Source of the DNA: Candidatus Bathyarchaeia archaeon
Lineage (GTDB): Archaea > Thermoproteota > CALKCG01 > B24
Assembly: GCA_038870975.1 (NCBI GenBank)
Contig: JAVZJD010000002.1
Span: 32,001-96,000 of the forward strand
DNA length: 64,000 nt
Reading direction: 5' to 3'
In this document: positions 28,948 through 39,123 of the stretch, piece by piece
Layout of the letters: each line of letters starts with the position of its first letter
How positions within the stretch are numbered: the stretch's first letter is position 1
The notes under the pieces: model-generated
What the model saw: only the letters and a program-made list of their open reading frames with translations
Database searches by the model: none
Told to the model about the DNA's origin: nothing
Translations under genes and position numbers: made by a program

Positions 28948-29198
28948 ATGTTTCAAGTAATCGTATCTCAAAGAGCCAGAAACTCCCTGAGCACTACAAA
29001 AGAAGGATTATTGAGCTACTCTTAATTTTTCGTGAAAATCCGGTTCCAGCCGAATATTATGACGTAAAAAAGCTTAAAGGATGCGCAGATATTTATAGAG
29101 TTAGAATCGGCGATATTCGAGTGATCTACGAAATATTATGGGACCTTAATATGGTTCATGTATTACTAGTTGAATGGAGAGAAAGAGCCTACCCTTAA
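28948..29198 (+). pseudogene. RelE/ParE family toxin, frameshifted
   Basis: MFQVIVSQRAR, then a shift near 28980 into LPEHYKRRII..DVKKLKG..YRVRIGDIRVIYEI..RERAYP*. Confidence 0.8.
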
Positions 29199-29239
29199 AC
29201 AAAAAGGAGGGGTTTGCGGGAGATATCACCAAGTAGTCG

Positions 29240-29651
29240 TTGGTTCAAATGCATCTGAAAATCGCTTCTATGCTATTAGATTTTGGTATTCCAGTTACAA
29301 ACATTAATAACCAGACGCTTGACGTATCTGGTAGAATCATGGTTTACGATAACAAGATAAAGGGTAATGGACTTAGGGTTTATGAGTTTATGCGGATACT
29401 ATTCTCTAACGAATCATGGATATAGATAGGAGTCCGTAGATGGCGCTAAAACAACTATGAATGATGGCAGAGGCAGGTTCACGGAGCTGAAATACTACTA
29501 CGGCGGATCATGGTCGAGTTGGAACGCTATAAAGTTTACAAATGGAAGTGGAAAAGCAGGTATGGAGTATCCACCGGACCCACCATACCGTGCTAAAGCC
29601 TTAGATACTAATGGGCTTATAACGTGGGGAGGCTACGATGCAGACCCCTGA
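29240..29651 (+). pseudogene. Fragmented gene remnant, possibly a secreted beta-rich protein
   Basis: Short broken ORFs ending FTELKYYYGGSWSSW..PPDPPYRA. Confidence 0.3.
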
Positions 29652-29795
29652 GAAAGCTGGCTACTAGCTACGGATAAGTAGCGCTTATGGTCTAGATGCT
29701 CAACACTTGCAAATAGCATTTTTCTCTGTTAGTATGGTAGAAAGGAATTTAAAAAAGTTAATAGGCACTCTACAAGCAGTGCCTACTCCAATAAA

Positions 29796-30797
29796 TCAAA
29801 GTGGGAGTGTAATGGGTCTACCTTCTTCGGCGGATTTAACGGCGGCAAGTGTTACTTCAAGTGTTCTAACGCCTTCAGATATGGGTGTTCTAGTGGCTCT
29901 ATCTTCTAAAACAGCATTTATCAAGTCGAGCTCAGCCATCCTCATAGTATCTCTGAAGGGTTCGGCAAACTCCTCCACACTAAAAGGTGTCTTCGTACTC
30001 CAGTGGATCTTTAACCGATTCGGGTCTTCAGATTCAAGCATAGCATCCCAACCCACTATACTCCACTTCAAGCCCCAAGTGTAAGGTGAAGCCCCTATAG
30101 TCGCCGTTACTACGCCTACTGCGCCTGATGAGAATCTTAAAATAACTCCGCTTACGTCTTCAATAGTCATCCCTTCAACGTCCTTGTAGAATAGTCTATC
30201 CATTTCGGCATAGACGCGTTTAACATCTCCGCAAAGCCACACTATAATATCGTACAGGTGTGTAGACTGTTCAACAATCTGTCCTCCGCTTTTAGATCTA
30301 TCTATCCACCAGTCTTTACGTATAAATCTACACCAGTATTTTCCAGAGGCCAGCCCTATAGAGCCTAAACTATTAGACTCGATAAGGCTCTTAGCTTTCT
30401 CAACACCAGCCCCAAACCTCGACTGGTAGCCAACCTGACTTTTTACACCATACTTTTCAACGGCTTTAGCCATCTCCCTCGCAAGCTTAATATCTAAAGC
30501 TATAGGCTTCTCAATGTATATGTTTACACAGTTTTCAGCGGCAACCATGACTTCATCGCTGTGAGCGAAAGGCGGCAAACATATAAATACTACGTCCAAT
30601 TTGGCTTTTTCAAGCATAGTCCGCCAATCTTCATAAACCTCACCACCGTAGGTTGAAGCGAAACGCTCAGCTCTAGAACGTACAATGTCGCTGAAAGCCT
30701 TAAATTCTACATTTTTAATGTTCGAAAGACTTCTAGCATGGGCTTCAGCAATACCACCGCATCCTATAAACCCGACAGCTAAACGTCTCATCAACAA
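29796..30797 (-). CDS. Gfo/Idh/MocA family oxidoreductase
   Basis: GFIGCGGIA, EKPIA, SGGQIVEQSTHLYD. Confidence 0.9.
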   Translation of the reverse strand: MLMRRLAVGFIGCGGIAEAHARSLSNIKNVEFKAFSDIVRSRAERFASTYGGEVYEDWRTMLEKAKLDVVFICLPPFAHSDEVMVAAENCVNIYIEKPIALDIKLAREMAKAVEKYGVKSQVGYQSRFGAGVEKAKSLIESNSLGSIGLASGKYWCRFIRKDWWIDRSKSGGQIVEQSTHLYDIIVWLCGDVKRVYAEMDRLFYKDVEGMTIEDVSGVILRFSSGAVGVVTATIGASPYTWGLKWSIVGWDAMLESEDPNRLKIHWSTKTPFSVEEFAEPFRDTMRMAELDLINAVLEDRATRTPISEGVRTLEVTLAAVKSAEEGRPITLPL

Positions 30798-30887
30798 TCC
30801 CCCACCTTATAACATGCCAACTGTTTAAATACTTAACCTCTACAAGTTTAACACATCTCCAGCTTCTTAGAAGAGTTTACGAATGCT

Positions 30888-32030
30888 TCACTTCTCAAAA
30901 AGCAGGAGTGGAACAATCGTTAAAATCGCTAAGATGGAAGATGCATAGAATACAGAAGAAGGGCCTAAGCTACTTCATAGCAAGCCAGCTATCATACTGG
31001 CTAGAGAGAAGCCAAGCCTCACAGCAGTTTGTCGAAAACCCATACCTATACTCCACTTAGAACTCGGTATAGCCATAGTTACAAGCGTTGCTGAAGCAGG
31101 CCAAGTAGCCGAGTATAACCCATAGGAGATTGCGTAGATCGTCGTGAATAAATTTAAATCTCTAACAAACGGTAGAAACGCATAGAGAGGAATCATTAAT
31201 AGAATACATAGTTGAAGAAACCTCTTCAAATCCATCTTCTTCAAAACATAGGCTGCACTGAGCTGAGATACAAGCGTCGCCAATCCAATAATTGAAAACA
31301 TGAAGCCCACTTGAGTAGTGGAAGCATTAAACCTCTCGGAAGCATATATGGAGAGGAGGGAATTGCTCACACCAACTGTAAGAGAAATGAGCATGTGAAA
31401 TACAACGAGCAGGCTCATGGTTCTCAAAAGCCTCCTAAAGCTCCAACCTTCCCCGCCGCCTCCATTTTTACTCAGACTCTTAACCTCCTTCATCATCCAG
31501 GCTGGAGCTAAGCACAGGGCCATTGCAATAGAGGCTATTATAAAAACAGGCATCCACCCATAGTTGTCTACGATAGCCCCAGCCAAAACAGGTGCCGTCA
31601 AAGTACCTAAAGGCCAAGCAACGTTCATAAGCCCGTAAATACTGGCTCTATTCTCCAATAGACTGATCTCCGCTATGTAAACCATACGGGCGGGTATGAA
31701 AACTGTAAAAGAAACTGTATATATGATGATAAGTGGAGAAAGCTGAACCCAGTTTTTCACAACAGTGTAGAGTAAGACAGATATTGATGAGAAGATTATG
31801 CTTAAGATTATGACCTTCTTATTCCCATATTTTTCAGCGATTAAACTACTCGGTATGATTAAAGCCGTAGCTGTAAAGCCTGAAATCGAGAGTATAACAC
31901 CAACTTCTACGATCGAAGCCCCCAATCTCTGAATAAAAAGAGGCTGAAGAGGTATGATCAATTCTGAGGCTAATGCTATCCCTAGGTTAACTATGAAAAG
32001 AGCGTATAGGCTTTTCTTAGGATTCTCCAA
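30888..32030 (-). pseudogene. MFS transporter with an in-frame TGA (30975-30977) before the last TM helix
   Basis: Frame continues after the TGA as SSLGPSSVFYASSILAILTIVPLLLFEK*. Confidence 0.7.
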
Positions 32031-32311
32031 TTACCTCGTCATCGCCCCCTTCAGATAATTCTCAGAGCCGTTAAATCTTTCAACAAAGGGCTATTAAATG
32101 CTACTCTTACAGCCGTCCATACTCTTCCAAAAGAATTATGATACTGTGTACTCACTATGAGCATCAACAGGTTAAAGCAGAGCCGTCTAAAACTTAGAAG
32201 AGCCGTCGGTTTGGAGAGGATATTTAAGGTCCGATCATAAGACCGTGTTTAGAAGCTGTACTGGAAGAAGTAAAAAAGTATAATAACAGGGTTTCTGCAG
32301 AAAGAAAAGAC

Positions 32312-33538
32312 GTGGATGTAATAAGTTTAAGATTTTCAGACATAAATGGAACTTTGAAGGAAGTCATAATTTCCGAAAAGCTTTTTGAAAAAGCAAACGT
32401 CGAAGGTATATGGTTTGACGGTTCTTCGATAGAGGGCTTTGCAAGACGTTTTGAAAGCGATATGCGGCTTATCCCCGACACTTCTTCAAGCTACACGATT
32501 AACGGTGTTAAATCATACTTCTGTGAAGTTTACAAGGCAGGTCAGCCGTTCGCTGGAGACCCCCGCATAGTCTTAAAAAGATTCTTACGCAAAGCCGAGG
32601 AAAACTACAGGGTTAAACTAGTCGTGGCAGGTGAGCTTGAATTCTACCTTCTTAGAAATGGTGAAGCAATAGATACTGGAGGATACTTCGACGTATCTCC
32701 GAGGGATAAAGCCAATCTTGTTAAAATTCGAATCGCTGAGAAGCTTACAGAAGCAGGGATAGAATGGAGTAGTGGACACCATGAGGTCGGGCCTGGTCAA
32801 AACGAAATAGACATACTTCACGATTATGCTGTAAATACTGCTGATAAAATACTCTTGACGAAAAATATAATCAAACTCATATCTGAATCTGAGGGGCTGA
32901 AGGCCGTTTTCATGCCTAAGCCATTCTATGGTATGCCTGGGAACGGCATGCATATACACTTAAGCCTCTGGAGTGGAAATGAAAACCTCTTCTACGATGA
33001 GAAGGGTCTCTATAGGCTTTCAGATTTCGCTATGAAGTTTATAGCTGGAATCTTTGAACATGCAGGAGCTATAACAGCCGTAGCAAATCCCACGATAAAC
33101 TCCTATAAGAGGCTTGGAGAATTTGAAGCACCTAAGTACGTTTACTGGGGTATGAAGAATAGAGATGCGTTAATAAGAGTTCCAGAATTCATCAGTAAGA
33201 ATTCAGCTAGGATAGAGTATAGAGCTTCAGACCCCTCTGCAAACCCCTACCTACTCTTCACAGCTCTGCTTGTAGCTGGTTTAGACGGCGTTGATAGGAA
33301 TCTGGAACCTCCAGAGCCCATTGAAACAGACATATATGAAAGTGGGCTATATAAGAGTCTGCCAACATTACCTTCAACACTGAAGGAATCTCTAGAAGCG
33401 CTTAGAAGAGACTCCGTTATACACAGTAGTTTAGGTGAGGCTGGTGAAAACCTCATAAACCTCAAATTGAAAGAATGGGAAGAGTACACCTGTAGGAAAA
33501 TAACAGATTGGGAAAGGGAGAAATACATCGACGTGTAG
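32312..33538 (+). CDS. glnA: Glutamine synthetase family protein
   Basis: FDGSSIEGF, GELEFY, HHEVGPGQNEI, FMPKP, GNGMHIHLS, NSYKRL, IEYRASDPSANPY. Confidence 0.9.
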   Translation: MDVISLRFSDINGTLKEVIISEKLFEKANVEGIWFDGSSIEGFARRFESDMRLIPDTSSSYTINGVKSYFCEVYKAGQPFAGDPRIVLKRFLRKAEENYRVKLVVAGELEFYLLRNGEAIDTGGYFDVSPRDKANLVKIRIAEKLTEAGIEWSSGHHEVGPGQNEIDILHDYAVNTADKILLTKNIIKLISESEGLKAVFMPKPFYGMPGNGMHIHLSLWSGNENLFYDEKGLYRLSDFAMKFIAGIFEHAGAITAVANPTINSYKRLGEFEAPKYVYWGMKNRDALIRVPEFISKNSARIEYRASDPSANPYLLFTALLVAGLDGVDRNLEPPEPIETDIYESGLYKSLPTLPSTLKESLEALRRDSVIHSSLGEAGENLINLKLKEWEEYTCRKITDWEREKYIDV

Positions 33539-33580
33539 GCTTCACAGTAATAGAGTTTAGATCAGTGTTACGTAGCTTCT

Positions 33581-34951
33581 TCACCTTTTGAGGAGAAGTA
33601 CAATAATGCCAATCGTAATAACTACCCCTACTAACAATAGGATGAGTTGAGAGTAATCTCTCCTCCAAACAGCATGTATCTCTCTATGCTCATCAACGTA
33701 TACTTCAATAGTCCTCTCATCAACTATTCTATCTTCGGGTTTAAGTCCTTCGAAGTGGTCGAATACGTTTAAAACTAGAAAGCCAGTTCTCAACTTGCTT
33801 AATTTCACGGTAGCGTATGTACCCTTATGGTACCATCCAGATCCTAAGGCATCACCATAATCGGTGATTACAGAGACGTAATACATATCCTCTTTCGGAA
33901 TCAATGCGTTTAAGAGTTCTTCTCTCCACCTCCCTCTTACAGGATCGTAAACTCCGAAACCAGCGCAGAATTCCCAGTAGCACCAGGCAATATTCCTCTT
34001 TTCAGCTTCTCTAGCTACGAAATAAGTCCATCTAATCCTAGAATTAATATCCGCTTTACTATACGCTCCGAATTCTCCGAGGAGGAGTGTGATATTACCA
34101 TGCTTTATAGACCATTGAACCGCTATATCTAATTCATCTCTAATCTGTTTCTTTTCAGCCTCAGTTCCAAGCCACCTCCTTCCAACAGGTGGAGAAGGAT
34201 TAACCCACTCAGCACCCTGATGTGTAAATTCAAAGGGTGTGTAGAAGTGGAATGTAACTATTATATTCTCATCGCCTTCAGGTATCTTCAGATCTCTAAG
34301 CCTATAAACGCTATTCCAATCCACCGGGCCTACTACGATCTTCCTCGTAGGGTTTGTCTCCCTTATGATTTTAATTGTATCCGTAAGGAGTTCATTCCAT
34401 ATTTCGCTAGTTAAAGCTCCACTGGGCTCATTGAGCAATTCAAAATACAGGTTTTCAGGATAATCCTCGTAGTGTTCAGCTATCTGCCTCCATAGGGCTA
34501 TGAAACGCTCTCTATGTTTTACAGGATCCTGCATAATCTCCTCATAGTGATGGATGTTTATTATAACTATTAGGCTCTGCTCTAAAGCCTTATTCACAAC
34601 GTGATCAACTCTTGCGAAGAAGCTTTCATCAATCTTATAGGGTGGATTTTGATCCGCGTGAGCTGACCATCTTATCGGAATTCTAACTGTGTCAAACCCC
34701 GCCTCTCTTATTATACTGAGGTACTCATCTCTTATGTAGACACCCCACTCTCCTTCTCTAGGGGCTTCCAATGCATTCCCGATGTTTATCCCCCTACGCA
34801 TATAAACTCCAGTCTGCTCTCCACTTTCAGCAAATGAATAGGTGCAACGATTAAATTCCAAAGATACAACATAAGAGACCAGTAGAATAAAAATTGCTAG
34901 GTGAATTCTACAATACTTCAAAATACCACCTCTACAGTCTCTATTTTCCAA
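33581..34951 (-). CDS. Secreted, C-terminally membrane-anchored GH5 glycoside hydrolase
   Basis: N-terminal hydrophobic signal, RGINIGNALEAP, FELLNEP, FTHQGAEW, LGEFG, C-terminal TM + KR. Confidence 0.92.
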   Translation of the reverse strand: MENRDCRGGILKYCRIHLAIFILLVSYVVSLEFNRCTYSFAESGEQTGVYMRRGINIGNALEAPREGEWGVYIRDEYLSIIREAGFDTVRIPIRWSAHADQNPPYKIDESFFARVDHVVNKALEQSLIVIINIHHYEEIMQDPVKHRERFIALWRQIAEHYEDYPENLYFELLNEPSGALTSEIWNELLTDTIKIIRETNPTRKIVVGPVDWNSVYRLRDLKIPEGDENIIVTFHFYTPFEFTHQGAEWVNPSPPVGRRWLGTEAEKKQIRDELDIAVQWSIKHGNITLLLGEFGAYSKADINSRIRWTYFVAREAEKRNIAWCYWEFCAGFGVYDPVRGRWREELLNALIPKEDMYYVSVITDYGDALGSGWYHKGTYATVKLSKLRTGFLVLNVFDHFEGLKPEDRIVDERTIEVYVDEHREIHAVWRRDYSQLILLLVGVVITIGIIVLLLKR

Positions 34952-35015
34952 CGAGTTTAATTAACCTTAAGGAGGTTTTCATAGCGGGTCTTTATATCTG
35001 CTAGGAAACTGGGCA

Positions 35016-36167
35016 TCATATCTTAGATTTAACACGTAACATAACGAATATCGCGGTTATTATCCATGAAATCGCCGAAGCTATTGCGAATGTTATTCTA
35101 GACTCATAGAGCATATACTCCTCTCTAGTCATTATCTGAAATCTCCGATGATCGGTTCTTGCTGTGGAAAACGGTCTAAATACTTCTTCAATCTCAACTC
35201 CACGGACCTCTATATAGGCCGGGTCGTTAACACCTAATCCTCTCTCCGCGGCCATTTTAAGCGTTGGAATAAGCCTCGGATTAAAGCCCATTATGAGTGC
35301 AGCTATCGAATCGGTAGCTACGGGGTCTTTTCCAATAATAATTAAACCCATATTTACAGGCGTTCCCTGTGTTGGACCCAACCCCTCCATAGCTACTATC
35401 CCATCTATTATCGTGAGGTTTATCGGTCTAATGGTAGCTAAATCCGTTATCGGCGCAGCCATATAGGTTCCTCCAAGCCTATTATCAGCCTCATGTAGCC
35501 TCCATTTTGGACTACCGTAAACCGACGACGGTGGAATCCCTATAAGGTTTTTCAAACCAAGTGTTACAACAGCATCACTATGAGTCTTTAAACATGCTAG
35601 TGAGATGAAGAAGTCGATTTCAAATAACCGCTTGTTTAAAGTTATGTTTTGAAGAGCTCTACCGTTAGGTACAGTTACGTTAACGAATTCTCCAACGTTT
35701 AAATCGACTAATTCGACTCCACTACTTAAGGCTACATCTAAGAGCCCTAGTATTCTAAGGTTTTCCAGCGTATTCCCTTCTCCGCTCCCCTCTGCTACTG
35801 CGATCTGAGAAGAACCCATAGACTTAAGTAGGTTTATTAAGGCTCTCAGAGTTTCCGGGTGGGTTGTCGCAGGTGGAGTGTGAGCTCCGACTACATTGGG
35901 TTTAATCATAATCTTATAACCGGGTTTTATATAGTCCTCTAAATTGAGGAGATGGAAAGCCTCACTTAAAGCTTCATATACGTTCGTCCTCTCAGCTTTA
36001 ACGACTGCTACAACGGCTTTACTCTCCCCTCTGAATTTGAGGTCTCTGAGGGCTTCATCGGGGTTTTTAGCCGTATATGCATATATAGTGAGAGCTGTAA
36101 ATATACAGGATATTGAAAGGAATATGATTATAAGCAGTCTACTAAAACCATACGGCATATCCTTCAA
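35016..36167 (-). CDS. DUF362 family protein with N- and C-terminal TM helices
   Basis: IKPNVV, TTHPE, LKTH..TLGLKNLIG, IDGIVAMEGLGP, DPVATD. Confidence 0.85.
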   Translation of the reverse strand: MKDMPYGFSRLLIIIFLSISCIFTALTIYAYTAKNPDEALRDLKFRGESKAVVAVVKAERTNVYEALSEAFHLLNLEDYIKPGYKIMIKPNVVGAHTPPATTHPETLRALINLLKSMGSSQIAVAEGSGEGNTLENLRILGLLDVALSSGVELVDLNVGEFVNVTVPNGRALQNITLNKRLFEIDFFISLACLKTHSDAVVTLGLKNLIGIPPSSVYGSPKWRLHEADNRLGGTYMAAPITDLATIRPINLTIIDGIVAMEGLGPTQGTPVNMGLIIIGKDPVATDSIAALIMGFNPRLIPTLKMAAERGLGVNDPAYIEVRGVEIEEVFRPFSTARTDHRRFQIMTREEYMLYESRITFAIASAISWIITAIFVMLRVKSKI

Positions 36168-37323
36168 AAAGTATAATCTGCAACATCACTTTAAAGGTTT
36201 CGTAGCAATCTATACGGCGGGTTTTACTCAAACTTTCATAGCTACTCTCAATTACACTATGATGATTATTTGGCTGGGTTCTTCAAACGGAGGATTATGT
36301 CCTGCTCTATCGATGGGACGAGCCGTATATTATGCTTGGCTCCTCTTAATATCGTATGATGCTACCGAATTGGTATTCAAGCCGATTTTAAGTCTTATAT
36401 CAGATAGATTTGGATGGAGGATTGCAATAATCCTATCAACTACCTCTCAAATACTTTCATCGGCCGTTCTAATTGGAGGTGAATTCCAAAATCTTCTATC
36501 ATCAAGAATTCTCCAAGGGATAGCTTCTTCGATATCACCTACTCTCATGGTTTTAACATCCAATCTAACCGACGACGGTGAACGCTACGTAGGTGTTTAC
36601 ATGGGTTTTAGGGGTTTAGGCTATCTATTGGTACCGCTATTAACGGCTGTTATGAAAGATCCGAGTAGACATTTCATAGCAACCATCACATCTATTCTAG
36701 CATTTTTACAGATAGCTCCATTAACTGTAAAAGTAGATTTAAAGTTTAGAAAAATGGATGTGTTTGATCTCAATATAGCTTTCCAGAGGAATACGTATCT
36801 GTTGTTTCTACTGACTGTATTGGCGTCTGTACTCATGGGTGTTAGATTCACATTAATACCTATAACTATGATTAAACGGGGGTTTACAACGCAAATCGTT
36901 AGTATGATTTTAACCTTAGGCTTCTTAATATGTATTATAGGTCAAGCGTCATCGGGGGTTTTAATCGAAAGTAAACATCTAATACCTTTAGCCTCCTCAG
37001 GCTTCATACTATCTACAGTAGGATTGATATACATACTTTTCGCAGTAAACCTCCTCGAACTACTGATCATATCTCTAACGGTAACTCTAGGGTCTGGTTT
37101 AGCATTACTATCGACGAATACATTGCTTACAAGAGAAGCTCGGAAGACGAATATAACTTCCACCCTAGGCTTAAACGGATTAGCACAGAGTATGGGGGAG
37201 CTCATAGGGTTGATCGTTGTCGCCCGGTTCTCGGAGATTAACTTCGATATAGCGTTAATACTAATCGTAATGTTTACGCTAGCTGGATTTATCATCTCCC
37301 TCTTTTTAAGAGGGAAATACTAG
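36124..37323 (+). CDS. MFS transporter (start uncertain)
   Basis: ISDRFGWR motif A, SRILQGI, about 12 TM; the ORF-track start at 35944 overlaps the DUF362 gene. Confidence 0.75.
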   Translation: MIISSLLKPYGISFKKYNLQHHFKGFVAIYTAGFTQTFIATLNYTMMIIWLGSSNGGLCPALSMGRAVYYAWLLLISYDATELVFKPILSLISDRFGWRIAIILSTTSQILSSAVLIGGEFQNLLSSRILQGIASSISPTLMVLTSNLTDDGERYVGVYMGFRGLGYLLVPLLTAVMKDPSRHFIATITSILAFLQIAPLTVKVDLKFRKMDVFDLNIAFQRNTYLLFLLTVLASVLMGVRFTLIPITMIKRGFTTQIVSMILTLGFLICIIGQASSGVLIESKHLIPLASSGFILSTVGLIYILFAVNLLELLIISLTVTLGSGLALLSTNTLLTREARKTNITSTLGLNGLAQSMGELIGLIVVARFSEINFDIALILIVMFTLAGFIISLFLRGKY

Positions 37324-37439
37324 GGCGTTCGCTAAAAGCCTCTAACAGAATTTAAAGGTAATCTCCGTTTACTGCGTTAAATAAAAATCTACCCGATTAT
37401 TCATCATAGCTTTGATGGATTAAAATTTATACCTCTATA

Positions 37440-39071
37440 TCAAGTTATTGGAAGTATAAATAGGGGGGATGTTGTTAGAGTTAACTCATATATGCCATCT
37501 TCACACTCGCAGAATTCCTTTAAACCATATAGCTTCACAACTTCGAGCTTCTTAGCTTGTATATTCAATCTAATCGTATGTTTACGTCCAGTAGTCCAGC
37601 ATACGTATTTTTCAACACCCTGCTTATTTTCAAAAACTAGAATATAGTCGTTTCCATCTTCGGTTTGAACCCTCCCTCTAAAGTAGAATCCATCAAGTTG
37701 CGATATGAGAGTATATATAGCGTAGTACGCTGGTTTGATAAAGTACATCGGTCTTCCGTAGACCGATTTAAGCCCTTCATAGTCTGCTATTACACCAAAA
37801 TTATGTTCAGAGTCTTGAATACTAATCCCATCATCTTTCCAGTCGTAGAATACGCTTATATTAACACCATTCATAATGTTTACTAGGAACATTCTAACCG
37901 CGTACTCTGCCTGAGTCGTAATAGAGACCCTATTACCGTATGAGCCGCTAGTACAATAGCCCCATTCACTTGAAATTATAGGTTTAGAAGGAAATCCGTA
38001 TAGGGATAGAATCTCCTTCAACCTAGCGTAGTCTAAACCAACAGTTTCAGGGTTTGTACTCCTGTATGGGTGGATGGAAACGGCATCTACAAACTCCAAC
38101 ATACCCGATTTAAAGGTTTCTTCTAAAAACTTTAAATCGAAGCCACTTATACCAGGGGCTACTAGTTTAACGCCACCTACTTCCTCAGCAACCAAATGGA
38201 CAGCCTTCAATAGTCGAATGTAATCCTCTGGGTTGGGCTTAGGTCTCCAAAATTGAGCCAGATTAGGCTCATTCCAAAGCTCCCATATGATATCTTCACC
38301 TTTAAACTCTCTAAAAGATTCCAATGTAAACCTTGAAAAAGCCCCTCTGCCAGTGTCAGTATATGGTGCTAAACCTTCATCGTAGTATTGATTTCCATAG
38401 TCGAGTATGAAGAGAACCGTTATGTTCCGTTCTCTTAAAGCATCCACAAGCTTCTTGTATTCTCTAAAATTGTAGACGCCTCTTTCTCTTTCCACTTCAC
38501 TCCATAGAAAATCCATTCTAATCAAGTTTATACCAGCATACTTCATCATATCTAAATCTAATTCCCTAGGGGTTATGAAGTGTATGTTCACTCCAAACTT
38601 GTAGATAGTTTCCGAAAACTCCCGTCTCTCAATAACGGCGAGCAACCAAGGGTAGCATTCAAAGTTGTACTTAGGGTTTTCCGAAACCCCGTTAAACGTC
38701 CTCCCATAAAAGTGGCACTCCAAGAGATAGAGCATCGGCTCTAGAAGACTAGTATTTAAAGCCACTGCATATACCCTACTCTCCATAGCTTTAACTTTTA
38801 AACTAGACACTCTAACAGGTCTAGATGGATCGTCCATAGGCTTCAGGTAGATTTCAAAGGTGCCATCGCCGAGTGTAGGATTAGAAACCTTAAAGTACAT
38901 TTTCGCTTCTTCACCCTTTATAAACCAATTCTTAGCAGTGGTATCTGTACCCACGTAGACCAATTCTACAGACGGTTTAACAACGGACAGAATACTCACC
39001 GTAACGATTAGAATAGAAGTTGCAAGTACTAGTATCTTTATCGTCCGCCTTTTAAGGTGGGATTTATCCAA
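37440..39071 (-). CDS. Membrane-tethered clan GH-A glycoside hydrolase (GH39/GH5-like)
   Basis: N-terminal TM, RMDFLWSEVE, WELWNEPN, VSIHPY, ISSEWGY, EHNFG. Confidence 0.8.
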   Translation of the reverse strand: MDKSHLKRRTIKILVLATSILIVTVSILSVVKPSVELVYVGTDTTAKNWFIKGEEAKMYFKVSNPTLGDGTFEIYLKPMDDPSRPVRVSSLKVKAMESRVYAVALNTSLLEPMLYLLECHFYGRTFNGVSENPKYNFECYPWLLAVIERREFSETIYKFGVNIHFITPRELDLDMMKYAGINLIRMDFLWSEVERERGVYNFREYKKLVDALRERNITVLFILDYGNQYYDEGLAPYTDTGRGAFSRFTLESFREFKGEDIIWELWNEPNLAQFWRPKPNPEDYIRLLKAVHLVAEEVGGVKLVAPGISGFDLKFLEETFKSGMLEFVDAVSIHPYRSTNPETVGLDYARLKEILSLYGFPSKPIISSEWGYCTSGSYGNRVSITTQAEYAVRMFLVNIMNGVNISVFYDWKDDGISIQDSEHNFGVIADYEGLKSVYGRPMYFIKPAYYAIYTLISQLDGFYFRGRVQTEDGNDYILVFENKQGVEKYVCWTTGRKHTIRLNIQAKKLEVVKLYGLKEFCECEDGIYELTLTTSPLFILPIT

Positions 39072-39123
39072 GGAGGATATCCAATTAACATTCTATTTGG
39101 GCTCTTCAGATCGGTATAGAGAG

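Noticed and set aside
28948-29000. Intron or programmed frameshift in the RelE-like gene
   Set aside because: The break looks like a deletion, with no BHB or slippery heptamer
30975-30977. TGA recoding (selenocysteine or alternative code)
   Set aside because: Not a Cys-type position, no SECIS seen, and many genes here end normally at TGA
35944-36123. Long 5' extension of the MFS ORF overlapping DUF362
   Set aside because: It is the antisense shadow of the DUF362 coding sequence
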